From contig CATNEN010000032.1 in assembly GCA_950097015.1 (NCBI GenBank), forward strand, positions 1,798,001 to 1,862,000: a DNA stretch of 64,000 bases, written 5' to 3'. The first letter of the stretch is position 1; each line of letters begins with the position of its first letter. This DNA comes from Macrostomum hystrix (taxonomy: Eukaryota > Animalia > Platyhelminthes). Made by a program: the position numbers and the translations under genes. This document shows positions 1 to 13,405 of the stretch, in pieces. The notes under the pieces are model-generated. The model searched no databases and was not told where the DNA came from. It saw nothing but the letters and a program-made list of their open reading frames with translations.

Positions 1-195
1 CTAAATTGTGGTATATCCATGAGAGTAACTGTAATACAATGGATCTAGGCCAGATCTAGGCTGGAAAATGTGGATTGGGATAAATAACCTTTAAAGAGAT
101 AGGGATCTAGAAATAAAAGCTGTGCCATAGAAATATTTTCTTTATTATGGATTTGAATACGAAGTAGAAACAGGAGTTGTGGAATCCCAAGTGAC

Positions 196-2590
196 TCAGG
201 CATCATCTCCAGGACTGCCGGGCTTGTGCTGACGATGTCTGGCTCTTGGTGGCTGCTGCCGCCTGCGATGCATTAGGAGCTGCTGCTGCTGCTCCTTAAT
301 CTGGTGCTCCTCGAAAATTCGCTGATGCTCCCGAAGCAGCTGCTCGTGCAGGCTGACTCGCTCCTCGAAGACCCGCTGCGACTGGGCCTCGGCGCTGTCG
401 ATCTCTCGCTGCACGTGCGCCTCCAAGTCGGCCAGGTGGCGCAGCTTCAACTCCAGGCGCCGCATCTGGGCGTCGGTGAGGACGGCTAGCAGAGCTCGAA
501 CTCGCGACCTCTCTGATTCGGCCAGCCAGCCACTCTTTTCGGCTCCGGCCCGCAGTGCAGCTTCAGCGATGCGGCCGGCGGAAGCTTGCAGCTGTTCAGC
601 GGATGCGGCGGTGGATGCGTCCTTCTTTTTGCCTGGCTCGGCCTATACGTAGGAGTTTTAATCAGAAGCCATGTTGAATGCTTTTGTCCAGTCCCACACG
701 CTCAGGAATCCCAAAATAGGAATTTAGATAACGAGCTAGCTCTTAGACAAACAAATTTTTGGATCTGGGAGCTATTTCCAGTGATTTTGGGATGCCATAC
801 GCATACGATTTATGGGATATGGGATAAATTGTATATCATTTGGAGGATCTGAGTGGCTAAATTGGCAACTTGATCTAAGATTGAGGAGATTAAACTCCCT
901 AAGTTAGGGAGCTGGGAGATATACACACCATTTATTTTAAATCAGGGAGTCAACACATTGTACACGAGGAATTTGGGATCTGCTGGATTTACAGATAATA
1001 TATTATAGATCAGGTGGGACAACACATCCTATTTAATGGATTTGGGATCTGGCTTACTAAAAATCCCTTTTAGGATCTCGGAGACTGCATATAAGACCTC
1101 TGAGGACAAGAATCCCATAAATCGTGATTCGAGGCAGCTGAATGAATGAACTTAAAATTCAAATTATTAAATAGCAACAAGGAAATAGAAAAAACCAGCG
1201 CTGTAAAAATAAACTCACCGTCTTGGCAGCACCGCAGGCATCGCCGCCCAACCGGCCGTATTCGGACAGGGCGGCCAAGGCGGCCGCAGCGCCAACCCTG
1301 GGATCAACAGAGCTAGCTAGAAAGGCCACCGTGCACATGGCCGGATTGGCGGCCTGCGAGAATGGAGCCAGATTGGCATCTCCGCCGGCTAGGGGACCTA
1401 GCGCTTCATCCGCTCCGTCCAAGTAGGGATCAGCGATAGGCAGGCGCAGCATTTGGGCTATGCACTCTTCCTGAGTCCGATTGCTGCCAACTCTGTCGGC
1501 CACTCTTGCCCAGTCTTCGCCAAATACTTCAACTGCTTCTAGTAGGGCCAAGATTTCCTGCTCTGTCCAATTGCTGCCGACTCCGCTTCCACGTTGGCCG
1601 CCACCGCCCAGGCTGCCGAAGCCGCCGCTCCGATTGGCACCGCCAGTTGCCGACTGATCCAGGCGGAGGCCGAAGCTGGAGGCGCCGGATTGTCGCTGGG
1701 ATGATCCGCCGGCAGCGGCCGAAGCATTTTGGCAAAAATTTGCTGGGGCCTTTGGCATTGGGTTGGGAATACAACAAGGTGGTTACTCAAATATGCGTTG
1801 CGCAGGTACACACTCTCTAGGCCCATGTTTTGACCCTTGATTTCACGTAAATTACACGACAATCTCCCAAGCCGTTTCTCTGCTGCTTGGCCCCATGTTT
1901 ATATGACCTTATATGGCTTCGATTCTAAACAATTCACTACTCGAATATGAGCATATTGTGTTTCAAATATAGTACTATTCTTACCGGTCCGAAATCTCTC
2001 AGTCCAGGAGCTAAAGCCGGCGCCATGGACTCCGTTAGACGCAGAGCTGGTCCGGTGGAGGCAGCAGCAGCAGCAGCAGTCAGCAGATGGCATGGCGCAG
2101 CCAGTCCGGGCTCAGTGTGCAGATTAATCAGTCCCCAGTGCTCCAAAAAGGCGTGCAATTTGGCCAACTGTTTAATATCGCCGCGCAGACGACTAGCGCA
2201 ACGTGACACTGTTAGTCTACGCCGGGGACTAGCCCGATATGTATCGATCATGAAGTTCCTATACGCCGTGTACAATGCCGGGCCTCGGCCATTGGCGTTA
2301 GACGAAAAGAATTTAGGAAATGCCAGGCGCTCGATTCGATGCACCGAGCGATAATTGAACCAGGCGGCTCGGCGCGGAATGAGCAGCGCAGTGGAGCTGG
2401 TGGACTCAATCGAGTCTGGAGGCGTTAAGTCTGGCTTCGCCTGAGCACCAATCTGGCGCAGCTCCCAGACGCCTGGCGGCCTAGCCAAGTCCTGATGCGT
2501 GGACACCTCCGTCAGGCGGTGAGGGCATTCCGGACTGGCGCGAGCGCCTGAGGCGTTTGAGGCCTCTGGATCGGCTCTCTTTGAGCGATG
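196..2590 (-). CDS. SMARCC2: SWI/SNF core subunit SMARCC1/2 (BAF155/170, SWI3)-like; exons 2590-1985 (SWIRM), ~1749-1219 (SANT), 642-196 (coiled coil); start codon not located
   Basis: SWIRM: [26 protein letters not shown]...[10 protein letters not shown]...[15 protein letters not shown]: [48 protein letters not shown], followed by [25 protein letters not shown]-terminal [16 protein letters not shown]. All three exons join in phase 0 via GT-AG sites; the acceptor at ~1749 is the least certain. Confidence 0.9.
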
Positions 2591-5500
2591 CTGGAAGATG
2601 AAGGTTGGAAAGACGCAAAGTGCAAGTTTTGTCAATAGAAATGGACAGGTAAAGTCAATTATTAGTTTAAAAAACGTTTTCGCAAAATGGGGGCTAATTG
2701 TCTATCAGAGCTTGTCATTTAAAACAATTTCACAACTATACTATATCCTTGTTTAGACTAGGAAACCATAAGCTAGCTTGCGAAACATTGCAAACTGCTT
2801 GACCGAAAACCGAAAATGTGAATAGATTATGTAGTAAGTGCAAAACAGAAGTTGAAAACGAGGTCCACTTCCTTTTAAGTGCAGTTGGAATATGTATAGC
2901 GCAGCACGTTCGAATTTTGAGAAGGAAATTTCTGGGAAAACTCCCAATTTCATATCCTTAACAGCAGAAGAGAAATCTAACTACATAATGGCTCAAGACA
3001 ATAGGGAAACCATTGAAGCTTTAGCAAAATACATCATAGATATCTCTAAAATAAGGGAACAGCTGCCCTGAGACTACGAGCTCATATTAACATTTAACAA
3101 TATATATTTCATGTTTTGTTTTATTCCTGGCGTCCCTTGTCTTTTTACTGCTCTTATTTTTAATACCTTTGCATTTGCTTTTCCCTTCCCAGCTCGATAG
3201 TTGAATCCTACAAAACTTTGCTTTTGATGTTATGTTTTTCGTTGTCCATTAAAATATTTGTTGTCAAAAATATAATATTTGAATAAAGAAAAAAACTCAT
3301 CACCCATAGATGGTGTGCGCATTTTAATAAAAAAAAAAATAATAATAATAATAATACATAGCCTCAACGTAGCCAATGATAGTTTAGCAACTTTACCAAA
3401 TATTTTAAGTCTTAAATCAGAACCCACATATTATTAAAGCCTCTAAAAGAAATATTTTACAGCTCAAACTAAAGAAACTGATTTGAATTAGACATTAATA
3501 TAATTGCACTAACAAACATAAAAATATAGCAAAAGTTTGAGCCAACAGAGCCAATAATTTAAAGGGCACAAATCTTGTCTCAGCAATGGAAATAAATTGC
3601 AATATTATATTGTTAGTCATATCAGAATAACAATCACTTGATCATTTTTCTAAAACTTAATAGCATATACAAGCAGATTTAGCTACTGATGTTTTATATC
3701 TCAACCATGGAAACCATGAACCATCCCCACTTTAATCTTTCTTGATGTCTCTACTTTTGATCTTTTCTTTTGCTGTATTATTTTATCATATAATTTTTTG
3801 TTATTGTTCTTTTTGTATTGTCTAGATTTCAACATACTTAAGGCTTTTTGGCTTATAGTCAAAAGCTAATAAACATAGTTTAGAACTCTATATAAAACTA
3901 TTAAAACATTTATGATAGATTTTTTTATTTCTTTTTGTTACTTTTTCTATGAAACCCTACAAAGCTAGGGCTAGCTTTGAAAGTCTATTAAACATAATTT
4001 TACAAGTCAGTTACAAGTAAATAGTAGAAAGAAAATTAACTATCGACCAACAAGGATGAACATAATGTTATAATTGTCATTGCTATCATTTTACTAGATT
4101 TTTTATTTTACTTGATCTTATCTTAAAGATCATAGAAAAACAAATAAAATAACAATAAAGATTTTCTTTTTCCTCATAAATGTATCATAATGCTCTGACT
4201 ATGAGAGGAATGTCTGTTCAAGACCTTATAAAATGAAAATAGTATAGCCACTGAAGGGCCTAGTAGATAATTATTTCATTATTTTAATGTTAGGCAACTT
4301 TTCTAGGACAAAGTATATTTCTTTTAGAGCACAACTCTTTAAAAATGTTTCATAATTCTTATTTTACAAACTATCTAAATTAGTATATAATGTTATAATA
4401 GCATTTTCACATAGGCTTCAGTGTAGTAGTATAACACAATTATGGTAGAGTTGCTATAAGTTCTGATACAAAATTTGCTGACTATGTTCACATTTGCTGA
4501 CACAAGTTAATATATTCAATTATATAGATTACTTTTTAACTAAATTCTAAACAAGTTCCAAGTTATTACACAACTTCTATATATATTGATATAACTACTT
4601 GAATTTCTGCATTAAGAGATAAAAAATAGCTAAAACTGATATATGATTTATTTATTCTCCAAGATCCCCATTTAAAAAATTCATTTTCTAAATGCTTATA
4701 AACACTAATGTAATAGCTACCCCAATTACTTATTTTATTCTGTTTTAACCTTTAAAAGTTTAATGTAGCTTGTAGAAATTAGGATTGCCAATTTCTTATT
4801 GTTTCTGTTTTGCACTAAAAAACATACATAAAAAATAGTAATAACAAGTAAAATTATATTTTTTCATTTGTCAGTAATCAGAGTGTGATAACTTTGTGAC
4901 TCAACCTAATTTTTCAAATTTAATATTATGTTGTTTGCTATAAAATTATTACTTTAAGCTTTAAAAATTAGTACTATATTTATTTAATATTGTATATTAC
5001 ACTAAAATATAGCTAATAAAAATCTAAAAAAATTAATTTAATATTTAATTAAAGACAAGTCTTGGGCCAAACATCTAATGCTTAGTGGTATAAGAACATT
5101 TTCATATTCAATTCCACCATGCTTATTCATAAAAACACTTTGTGTTCTAGGATATAATTCTAGTATTAATAATAATATGTGAATCCCAATACACAAAACT
5201 GGATTAAGATTAAAGTACCAAGTAGCCGAAGTAGGGGTATAGATACTTTTTAAGTTGAAAATGTTAGCATTATTAATTAATAATGGCAAATTGACTAAAT
5301 GAATAAATGAGCCATTGGCATTGATTCGATATGTATATTAATAGTAGCTAGCTTTTCAACTATCACTGCTTTCGTTGAAAAAAGTAAATAACTCGACGAT
5401 TTCGCATTTAAATAATTCTTTAAACACCCGGTTTACAAGAAACATGTGAGATACAGAAGATGAGCAGCGAGGGCCAGGCCAACCAATTTGTGAAGACCTT

Positions 5501-6019
5501 TAGAAAAAACTTGTTAATTTAATTTCGTGCGTGCAGCAAGAAATTGGTCAACTTAGCTTTTACAGCAGTAAAGCAAAACTTAGATAATTATTATCGCTTT
5601 TTTACTTTTAAAATATAATTACTCTAAATTTTTTAAAACAAAATCTTACAAAAAAATAAAAAATCAGAAACACAGTATTCCGAAAAACAAAGCCATGTGA
5701 TTTACGATGATTTATTAAACATCCATTCTTCGATCATATGTCATATGTCATATGTCATAATAATTTACTTTTTTACTTATTTTACTTAAGAACTTATAAA
5801 ACATGTACATTACTACGACATCCCTTGATAATTTTATTAAGATTTTGAATCATTTGTCCCACTTCTAATTTTGCGATGTTCTGCACTTTACTGTTGCTTA
5901 TTATCTGTGAAGGACTTCAGCAAAAAGTGCCGTTCATGATGTAATCCTTTTCCGAAAAGAAAAAAATTTTTGTTGTGACTCTCATAGGTTTGCACTGTGA
6001 CTGTAGTCTAACATTCGTA

Positions 6020-6210
6020 CAAGGACCAAAAGGAGTAGAAAGCAGGTTTTCGCGAAAAAAAATACACAACGGTGATTGGAAAGCTGTCACCTTTTAAATC
6101 AGAAAAATGAAAATTTCCTAATATCAGTGGTGTATTTTTTTCGCGAAAACAAGCCTACATTTTTTTCTAAGAAACTTAGTTCCCCGTGCTTCTACTCCTA
6201 GTGTTCCTTG
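6020..6210. repeat. Imperfect foldback / MITE-like inverted repeat
   Basis: GTTTTCGCG(A8)TACAC at 6046-6067 pairs with GTGTA(T7)CGCGAAAAC at 6130-6150. Outer arms CAAGGACCAAAAGGAGTAGAAAGC (6020-6043) and GCTTCTACTCCTAGTGTTCCTTG (6188-6210) pair imperfectly. Confidence 0.6.
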
Positions 6211-6877
6211 CGTTCGTATTACCGAAGCAAAAAGCGTTTTCATCGATTTATCGATGTAATCTCATGGAAGCCCCATGCTAGCTATAGCTGAGTGCTTACT
6301 GGTCAACGCGGCCTGTATGTACCAGTGTGGGCCGGTGTGTCAAAGCTTCAAGCGGCATAATATAAGTTAAATTTTCAAGGAATTGTATGCCTTTGTAAAA
6401 AATACACAACGGAGGCAAATTTAGTTGCCCTTCTAACTTCTAGTGTAGTGGTCCTTGTTGTTTCATTGCACGTGTATTTCAGGATGTTATATTATTAATA
6501 GCTTCTTTGGAAAAAAAGATTTATAATACTGCAACGAAAAACGTTGTTCACCTATATATGGTACCAGGAGTGTTCCAGCGGCACGTAACACATAAAATAA
6601 CTGACAAGAATCACCAAGAAATTGAAATTGGAGTTAAAATCGCAGTATTTGTATTCCAATTCTTCAAAACTCGGTTGCTATATTTAATATAAGAAGTCAC
6701 ATAGGAGCATTAATTTCAAGATATTTTACACAGCATTAAACAGGCTCAATAACATATTGATTCGCATTTGGGTTAGACCAAAAACGCGGAAAAGCATACT
6801 AACAAATTAAGGCAACAATTAAAACTTTTGGGGCTGAAAGTAATAAAAAAACAATTTAAAAAATCGGAGCTTATAAT

Positions 6878-7449
6878 TTACACGGAACCCGCTTTGGCAC
6901 GTGCAGCAACAGGCAGCTCTGCAGCAGCCACTTTATCCTTCAGTTCACTCGGCCAAACGGTAGCCATGGTGATGATTGCCATGGCAATCAGAGCCAGTTG
7001 AGCAGCCGTTAAAATGACAAGTCGAATGCCTTCCTGCGCTGAGGCCGCGCGATGCCGCAAGTTCACAATGAGCACAGCCAGGCAGACAGTGAGCAGTCCA
7101 TTCGCTGCAGCTTGAAGGCCAATCAGAATCCGACCGAACAGGCAGATTATCCGCCCATCAGTTTTTGAGCTTCCAGAGTCCTTGATGGTGGCTTCGCCTT
7201 GACGTTGTTGGCGACTGATAACAATGGACCAGGCCGTGGTGGCCAGACTGACAACGCCTGTAGCCAAGGCGCAGGCAGCGGTTAGAATCGGCTCCGTCGC
7301 CAGTCGCTTGCTGATTGAACCTCTTTCGACAGTGTTTGATTCCGGCTGCACCTGACCAGTTTGGAGTAACAGCATGGCAACAGCCAAGCAACTGCTAGCT
7401 GCGCTCAGCATAGTCAAACCATTCGGTGGCATGTCTGGCAGCACAGTGG
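6878..7449 (-). CDS. Four-transmembrane protein of unknown family (terminal exon; first in-exon ATG at 7432)
   Basis: 188-codon ORF with four hydrophobic segments (LTMLSAASSCLAVAMLLL; ILTAACALATGVVSLATTAWSIVI; ILIGLQAAANGLLTVCLAVLIV; LVILTAAQLALIAMAIITMATVW). It is GC-rich against an AT-rich background. Acceptor ctctctaag at 7450-7451. Confidence 0.65.
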
Positions 7450-9194
7450 CTTAGAGAGAATATCTAGTTTATTAACATACGAGTATCAATGAAAAGTTTC
7501 AGTGCGCGTCAGATATTTATTTGCAATTAAAAGATGAAGGAACGCACGTTGTGTTGCCGCCTGATCTAACCTTAATAAAGCAAACTGATACATTCTACAT
7601 GCCTGTAACACCTTTAATTCGATTCAATTAACGAATCTCAACAGCGTGAACACATTTATGCCCGCACGGCGCTGGCGGTGTGAGCTTTTGTATAGCTGTG
7701 GGGAGGGTTAGAAGAGGGCGAGACAAGGACATGGCTGATTTCCACCCTGGTCCGTCCACGTGGGTTTGTTTCGCCGAGAATTTCCTTAATTGCAAACTCG
7801 GTGCATTCTTCTACAGCACCCTCATCCCGTCTGTACTCGCATTTCGGCACGGATAGCGGAAGTTCGCTTTTGATATCAACAAAAACTATAGACAATTGCA
7901 ATTTGTGGATAATTGCGGACACTGTAAAGTAAAAAAATTAGTGAAAAGCAGTAGAGTGTAGCGCGTCTTGTTGTCAAAATTTGGCTGCAGTTTTTTTGCG
8001 GACTAAAAACAAATTTTATAATTAAGGTAGGAGCGGAGGTTTCAAGACGGAGAAAATGACAAAACAACAAGAATTGGAAGGACTAGAAGGATGACCAGCG
8101 CGTGAAGCGGGTGCTAAAGCTTCAACAGCGACAGTCAATAAGGGAGAGCGAAATTCATAGACAAATTAGGCTGGGCCTCCGAGAGAGCCGAGAGGAACAC
8201 GGCTGCCAAACTGACGGAACCGTTGACGGGTCTTATCAGTATTTTCTTCCTCTCCCTAGCTCTCCCCTGTTCCTCCTCCTGACCCGTAGATGTGCAGATT
8301 AGATTAGAAGCTGCAAATAATCTAGTCTAGCTGCTGTGCAGTTGCCGTTACGAAACCATACTTCAGGTCTTAGCCTGGGGCGTACAGGTATTATGCACTG
8401 CAAGTATTGCAAAATATACTGATGTTTCACCCTCAGCAGCTTTCGTTGCGTTTCTATCGGCAAATATGCATACTGTGGACCATTGTTGCCAATTGAATTA
8501 TACTGGATTATATAATTCGCGCAATTAATATTCAAAGCAGGAATTAATGTGCAGCAGAAAAACCACTCCCACACAATGCCATGTGACCAAGTAGAAATAT
8601 CTGTATAAGGAGCGGAGCAATAGTAAAAAATGTATTTAATATTCTTTTTAAATGACATTTTACATTTACTATATAAGCCATAATTTAGAAATTACTTTCT
8701 TGAAAATTGAAAATCCGAGGATGCTACGTACAGAGAAGACAAAAACTGTCCTGAAGCCAAAGTAACGATAAACAGAATTCGTTACTTCATCTATTTAGTG
8801 TAATTTACAAGTTATAGCAGTTTATTTATACTTTTTTAATACTCTTATGAAATCTTAAATATTTTAATTTCTATTCCTTACTGTATCGAAAGTGTCTATA
8901 AGCGAACAGTGATTTAAATCAACAGAATAGTAGCAGAAGCTAAAAAAACTACAAAAAATTGTGGGACTTGTATTGCGCAGATGGGGCAGGAGGCTAAAAG
9001 TAAATTGAAGTCAGCTAAGGAATTTGCTTTTGAAACTGAAACAGGGCAGCTAAGCCCGTTTATATTCAATGTTTAAACACAAGTGAATGAACTTTAAATT
9101 GCGATCGCAAGATATTTTTTTGCTCGCAAGCGAATAAGCTAAAATTTAATGATTATAAATTTTAAACATAATCTATGGCGTCGTCACCCCTTAC

Positions 9195-9219
9195 CTGTCG
9201 TCTCGAGCCCGGCATTTCC
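9195..9219 (-). other. Candidate 25-nt micro-exon (GNAGLETT+G)
   Basis: Minus strand ctcttttcag|GGAAATGCCGGGCTCGAGACGACAG|gtaagg. Its phase-1 end fits the phase-1 acceptor of the 4-TM exon at 7449. Confidence 0.4.
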
Positions 9220-9296
9220 CTGAAAAGAGTGGAGAAAAGGGGAAGAAAATAGAAGGAGGCAAGGAAAACTGTGAGGGAACAGATGGATCAAAGCGA

Positions 9297-12200
9297 ATGA
9301 GAGAGAACACAAGGAGGGAAGAGAGAGTGAGAGAGAACACAAGGAGGGAAGAGAGAGGGAGAGAGAAGACAAGGAGGGAAGAGAGAGGGAGAGAGAAGAC
9401 AAGGAGGGAAGAGAGAGGGAGAGAGAAGACAAGGAGGGAAGAGAGAGGGAGAGAGAAGACAAGGAGGGAAGAGAGAGTGAGAGAGAAGACAAGGAGGGAA
9501 GAGAGAGGGAGAGAGAAGACAAGGAGGGAAGAGAGAGGGAGAGAGAAGACAAGGAGGGAAGAGAGAGTGAGAGAGAACACAAGGAGGGAAGAGAGAGGGA
9601 GAGAGAAGACAAGGAGGGAAGAGAGAGGGAGAGAGAAGACAAGGAGGGAAGAGAGAGGGAGAGAGAAGACAAGGAGGGAAGAGAGAGGGAGAGAGAAGAC
9701 AAGGAGGGAAGAGAGAGGGAGAGAGAAGACAAGGAGGGAAGAGAGAGGGAGAGAGAAGACAAGGAGGGAAGAGAGAGGGAGAGAGAAGACAAGGAGGGAA
9801 GAGAGAGTGAGAGAGAAGACAAGGAGGGAAGAGAGAGGGAGAGAGAAGACAAGGAGGGAAGAGAGAGTGAGAGAGAAGACAAGGAGGGAAGAGAGAGTGA
9901 GAGAGAAGACAAGGAGAGAAGAGAGAGTGAGAGAGAAGACAAGGAGGGAAGAGAGAGTGAGAGAGAAGACAAGGAGAGAAGAGAGAGTGAGAGAGAAGAC
10001 AAGGAGGGAAGAGAGAGTGAGAGAGAAGACAAGGAGAGAAGAGAGAGTGAGAGAGAAGACTAGGAGGGAAGAGAGAGTGAGAGAGAAGACAAGGAGAGAA
10101 GAGAGAGGGAGAGAGAAGACAAGGAGAGAAGAGAGAGTGAGAGAGAAGACAAGGAGGGAAGAGAGAGTGAGAGAGAAGACAAGGAGAGAAGAGAGAGTGA
10201 GAGAGAAGACTAGGAGGGAAGAGAGAGTGAGAGAGAAGACAAGGAGAGAAGAGAGAGTGAGAGAGAAGACAAGGAGGGAAGAGAGAGTGAGAGAGAAGAC
10301 TAAGGCTTCCTTATCAGAGAAGACTAGGAGGTAAAGGAGAGTGAGAGAGAAGACAAGGAGGGAAGAGAGAGTGAGAGAGAAGACAAGGAGGGAAGAGAGA
10401 GTGAGAGAGAAGACAAGGAGGGAAGAGAGAGGGAGAGAGAAGAGAAGGAGGGAAGAGAGAGTGAGAGAGAAGACAAGGAGGGAAGAGAGAGTGAGAGAGA
10501 AGACAAGGAGGGAAGAGAGAGTGAGAGAGAAGACAAGGAGGGAAGAGAGAGTGAGAGAGAAGACAAGGAGGGAAGAGAGAGAAGACAAGGAGGGAAGAGT
10601 GAGAGAGAAGACAAGGAGGGAAGAGAGAGTGAGAGAGAAGACAAGGAGGGAAGAGAGAGGGAGAGAGAAGACAAGGAGGGAAGAGAGAGTGAGAGAGAAG
10701 ACAAGGAGGGAAGAGAGAGTGAGAGAGAAGACAAGGAGGGAAGAGAGAGTGAGAGAGAAGACAAGGAGGGAAGAGAGAGTGAGAGAGAAGACAAGGAGGG
10801 AAGAGAGAGTGAGAGAGAAGACAAGGAGGGAAGAGAGAGTGAGAGAGAAGACAAGGAGGGAAGAGAGAGTGAGAGAGAAGACAAGGAGGGAAGAGAGAGT
10901 GAGAGAGAAGACAAGGAGGGAAGAGAGAGTGAGAGAGAAGACAAGGAGGGAAGAGAGAGGGAGAGAGAAGACAAGGAGGGAAGAGAGAGGGAGAGAGAAG
11001 ACAAGGAGGGAAGAGAGAGTGAGGGAGAAGACAAGGAGGGAAGAGAGAGGGAGAGAGAAGACAAGGAGGGAAGAGAGAGTGAGAGAGAAGACAAGGAGGG
11101 AAGAGAGAGTGAGAGAGAAGACAAGGAGAGAAGAGAGAGTGAGAGAGAAGACAAGGAGGGAAGAGAGAGTGAGAGAGAAGACAAGGAGAGAAGAGAGAGT
11201 GAGAGAGAAGACAAGGAGGGAAGAGAGAGTGAGAGAGAAGACAAGGAGAGAAGAGAGAGTGAGAGAGAAGACAAGGAGGGAAGAGAGAGTGAGAGAGAAG
11301 ACAAGGAGAGAAGAGAGAGTGAGAGAGAAGACTAGGAGGGAAGAGAGAGTGAGAGAGAAGACAAGGAGAGAAGAGAGAGTGAGAGAGAAGACAAGGAGAG
11401 AAGAGAGAGTGAGAGAGAAGACAAGGAGGGAAGAGAGAGTGAGAGAGAAGACAAGGAGAGAAGAGAGAGTGAGAGAGAAGACTAGGAGGGAAGAGAGAGT
11501 GAGAGAGAAGACAAGGAGAGAAGAGAGAGTGAGAGAGAAGACAAGGAGGGAAGAGAGAGTGAGAGAGAAGACTAAGGCTTCCTTATCAGAGAAGACTAGG
11601 AGGTAAAGGAGAGTGAGAGAGAAGACAAGGAGGGAAGAGAGAGTGAGAGAGAAGACAAGGAGGGAAGAGAGAGAAGACAAGGAGGGAAGAGAGAGTGAGA
11701 GAGAAGACAAGGAGGGAAGAGAGAGGGAGAGAGAAGAGAAGGAGGGAAGAGAGAGTGAGAGAGAAGACAAGGAGGGAAGAGAGAGTGAGAGAGAAGACAA
11801 GGAGGGAAGAGAGAGTGAGAGAGAAGACAAGGAGGGAAGAGAGAGTGAGAGAGAAGACAAGGAGGGAAGAGAGAGAAGACAAGGAGGGAAGAGTGAGAGA
11901 GAAGACAAGGAGGGAAGAGAGAGTGAGAGAGAAGACAAGGAGGGAAGAGAGAGAAGACAAGGAGGGAAGAGAGAGTGAGAGAGAAGACAAGGAGGGAAGA
12001 GAGAGTGAGAGAGAAGACAAGGAGGGAAGAGAGAGTGAGAGAGAAGACAAGGAGGGAAGAGAGAGTGAGAGAGAAGACAAGGAGGGAAGAGAGAGTGAGA
12101 GAGAAGACAAGGAGGGAAGAGAGAGGGAGAGAGAAGACAAGGAGGGAAGAGAGAGGGAGAGAGAAGACAAGGAGGGAAGAGAGAGTGAGAGAGAAGACAA

Positions 12201-12345
12201 GGAGGGAAGAGAGAGAAGACAAGGAGGGAAGAGTGAGAGAGAAGACTAGGAGGGAAGAGAGAGTGAGAGAGAAGACAAGGAGGGAAGAGAGAGAAGACAA
12301 GGAGGGAAGAGTGAGAGAGAAGACAAGGAGGGAAGAGTGAGTGGG
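9297..12345 (+). repeat. ~3-kb polypurine minisatellite, 30-bp unit GAGAGAAGACAAGGAGGGAAGAGAGAGTGA, ~100 copies with higher-order structure
   Basis: Directly visible tandem array. An identical interrupting insert TAAGGCTTCCTTATCAGAGAAGACTAGGAGGTAAAGG occurs at 10301 and 11573. Confidence 0.97.
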
Positions 12346-13405
12346 AAGAGAGGAAGAAGGAACAGAGAGTGGGAAGAGAGGGAAAAAAAGAGGAAAAACA
12401 GAGAGAACAGAGAGAAGAGAGATGGAAGAGAGGGAGAGGGAAGCGACAGGAATCAGATAATTCTGATCCCTGATTGAGTAATCAGCATCCTGATAGGGAA
12501 GACGGGAGAGGGAAGAGGGAAGACGGAGGACTGGGAGGAAAGGATAGAGGGGAGAAATGCAGGAGGGGAGGATTTGTAGCCGAATCAGTCAAGATTTTCG
12601 GAGCAAACAAAACTCGTTGAATTTTTAAGTTGTCGATTCTCAAGCTACGAATAAAATGATATTTTCCTGTCTCTCGCAGTCTCGCCTGCAGAATTATCCT
12701 ATTTATCTTCATTGCAAAACAAAATTTGGAGATGCATGTAGAGACTGGTTGAGAAAAAATTGATGACATGACAGCTACACGCCGCCCTGAGGGGATATTG
12801 TTGCGAATTGGGACAACCTACCCATTCAGCCATTCGTCCGTCCCCTCTGCCTGACTCTGTGTTTGCTATTGCAATCCCCAAATCCCCTTTCTCTGCGCAG
12901 TATATGCGCACACTAACTAGTGTCTATTATATTAATAATATTAGGCGACTCCGTGTGGGGCAAAAAATGAGCACTTTAAAGATTTCCACGACTCGCATAG
13001 AAAATAGCTTCTACCTTCACCCTTCGCTGCTTCCCACCGACAATGCCCAAGGCGGACTAACGAGCAAAAAACATTGGGATGCTAGCTGCCTGATATGGGG
13101 AATATTATGCATCACTTGGAGCCAATTCTGCGGCACAACTCGTTAGCATTCCGTGCAGGGTTATTGTCCCGAAAGAAGTGCGAATTCCTTAGCAAGTGTA
13201 TCGCTAGACATTGAAATGACACCTCCTTATCAGGTTAATCTATTCAGGAGAGAGGATAGAACTAGTAGTCGTTGCTCTGTAGCAGTGTACACTCTCACTG
13301 TGCCTTTAATGGCCTCGCTGCGGATTCGAGCTCAGGGCGCCTGGTCTCGCCAGGAAATCCGTGACGCCATTTTATGCATCTTTTTCTAATTCGAATGATT
13401 TTTTA

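Noticed and set aside
7656-8658. Short ORFs of 64-119 aa
   Set aside because: No recognisable domain or consistent splice sites; possibly old TE debris.
9184-12340. Very long ORFs (up to 915 aa) on both strands
   Set aside because: A by-product of a 30-bp, nearly stop-free unit; the translations are pure repeats with no start context or domain.
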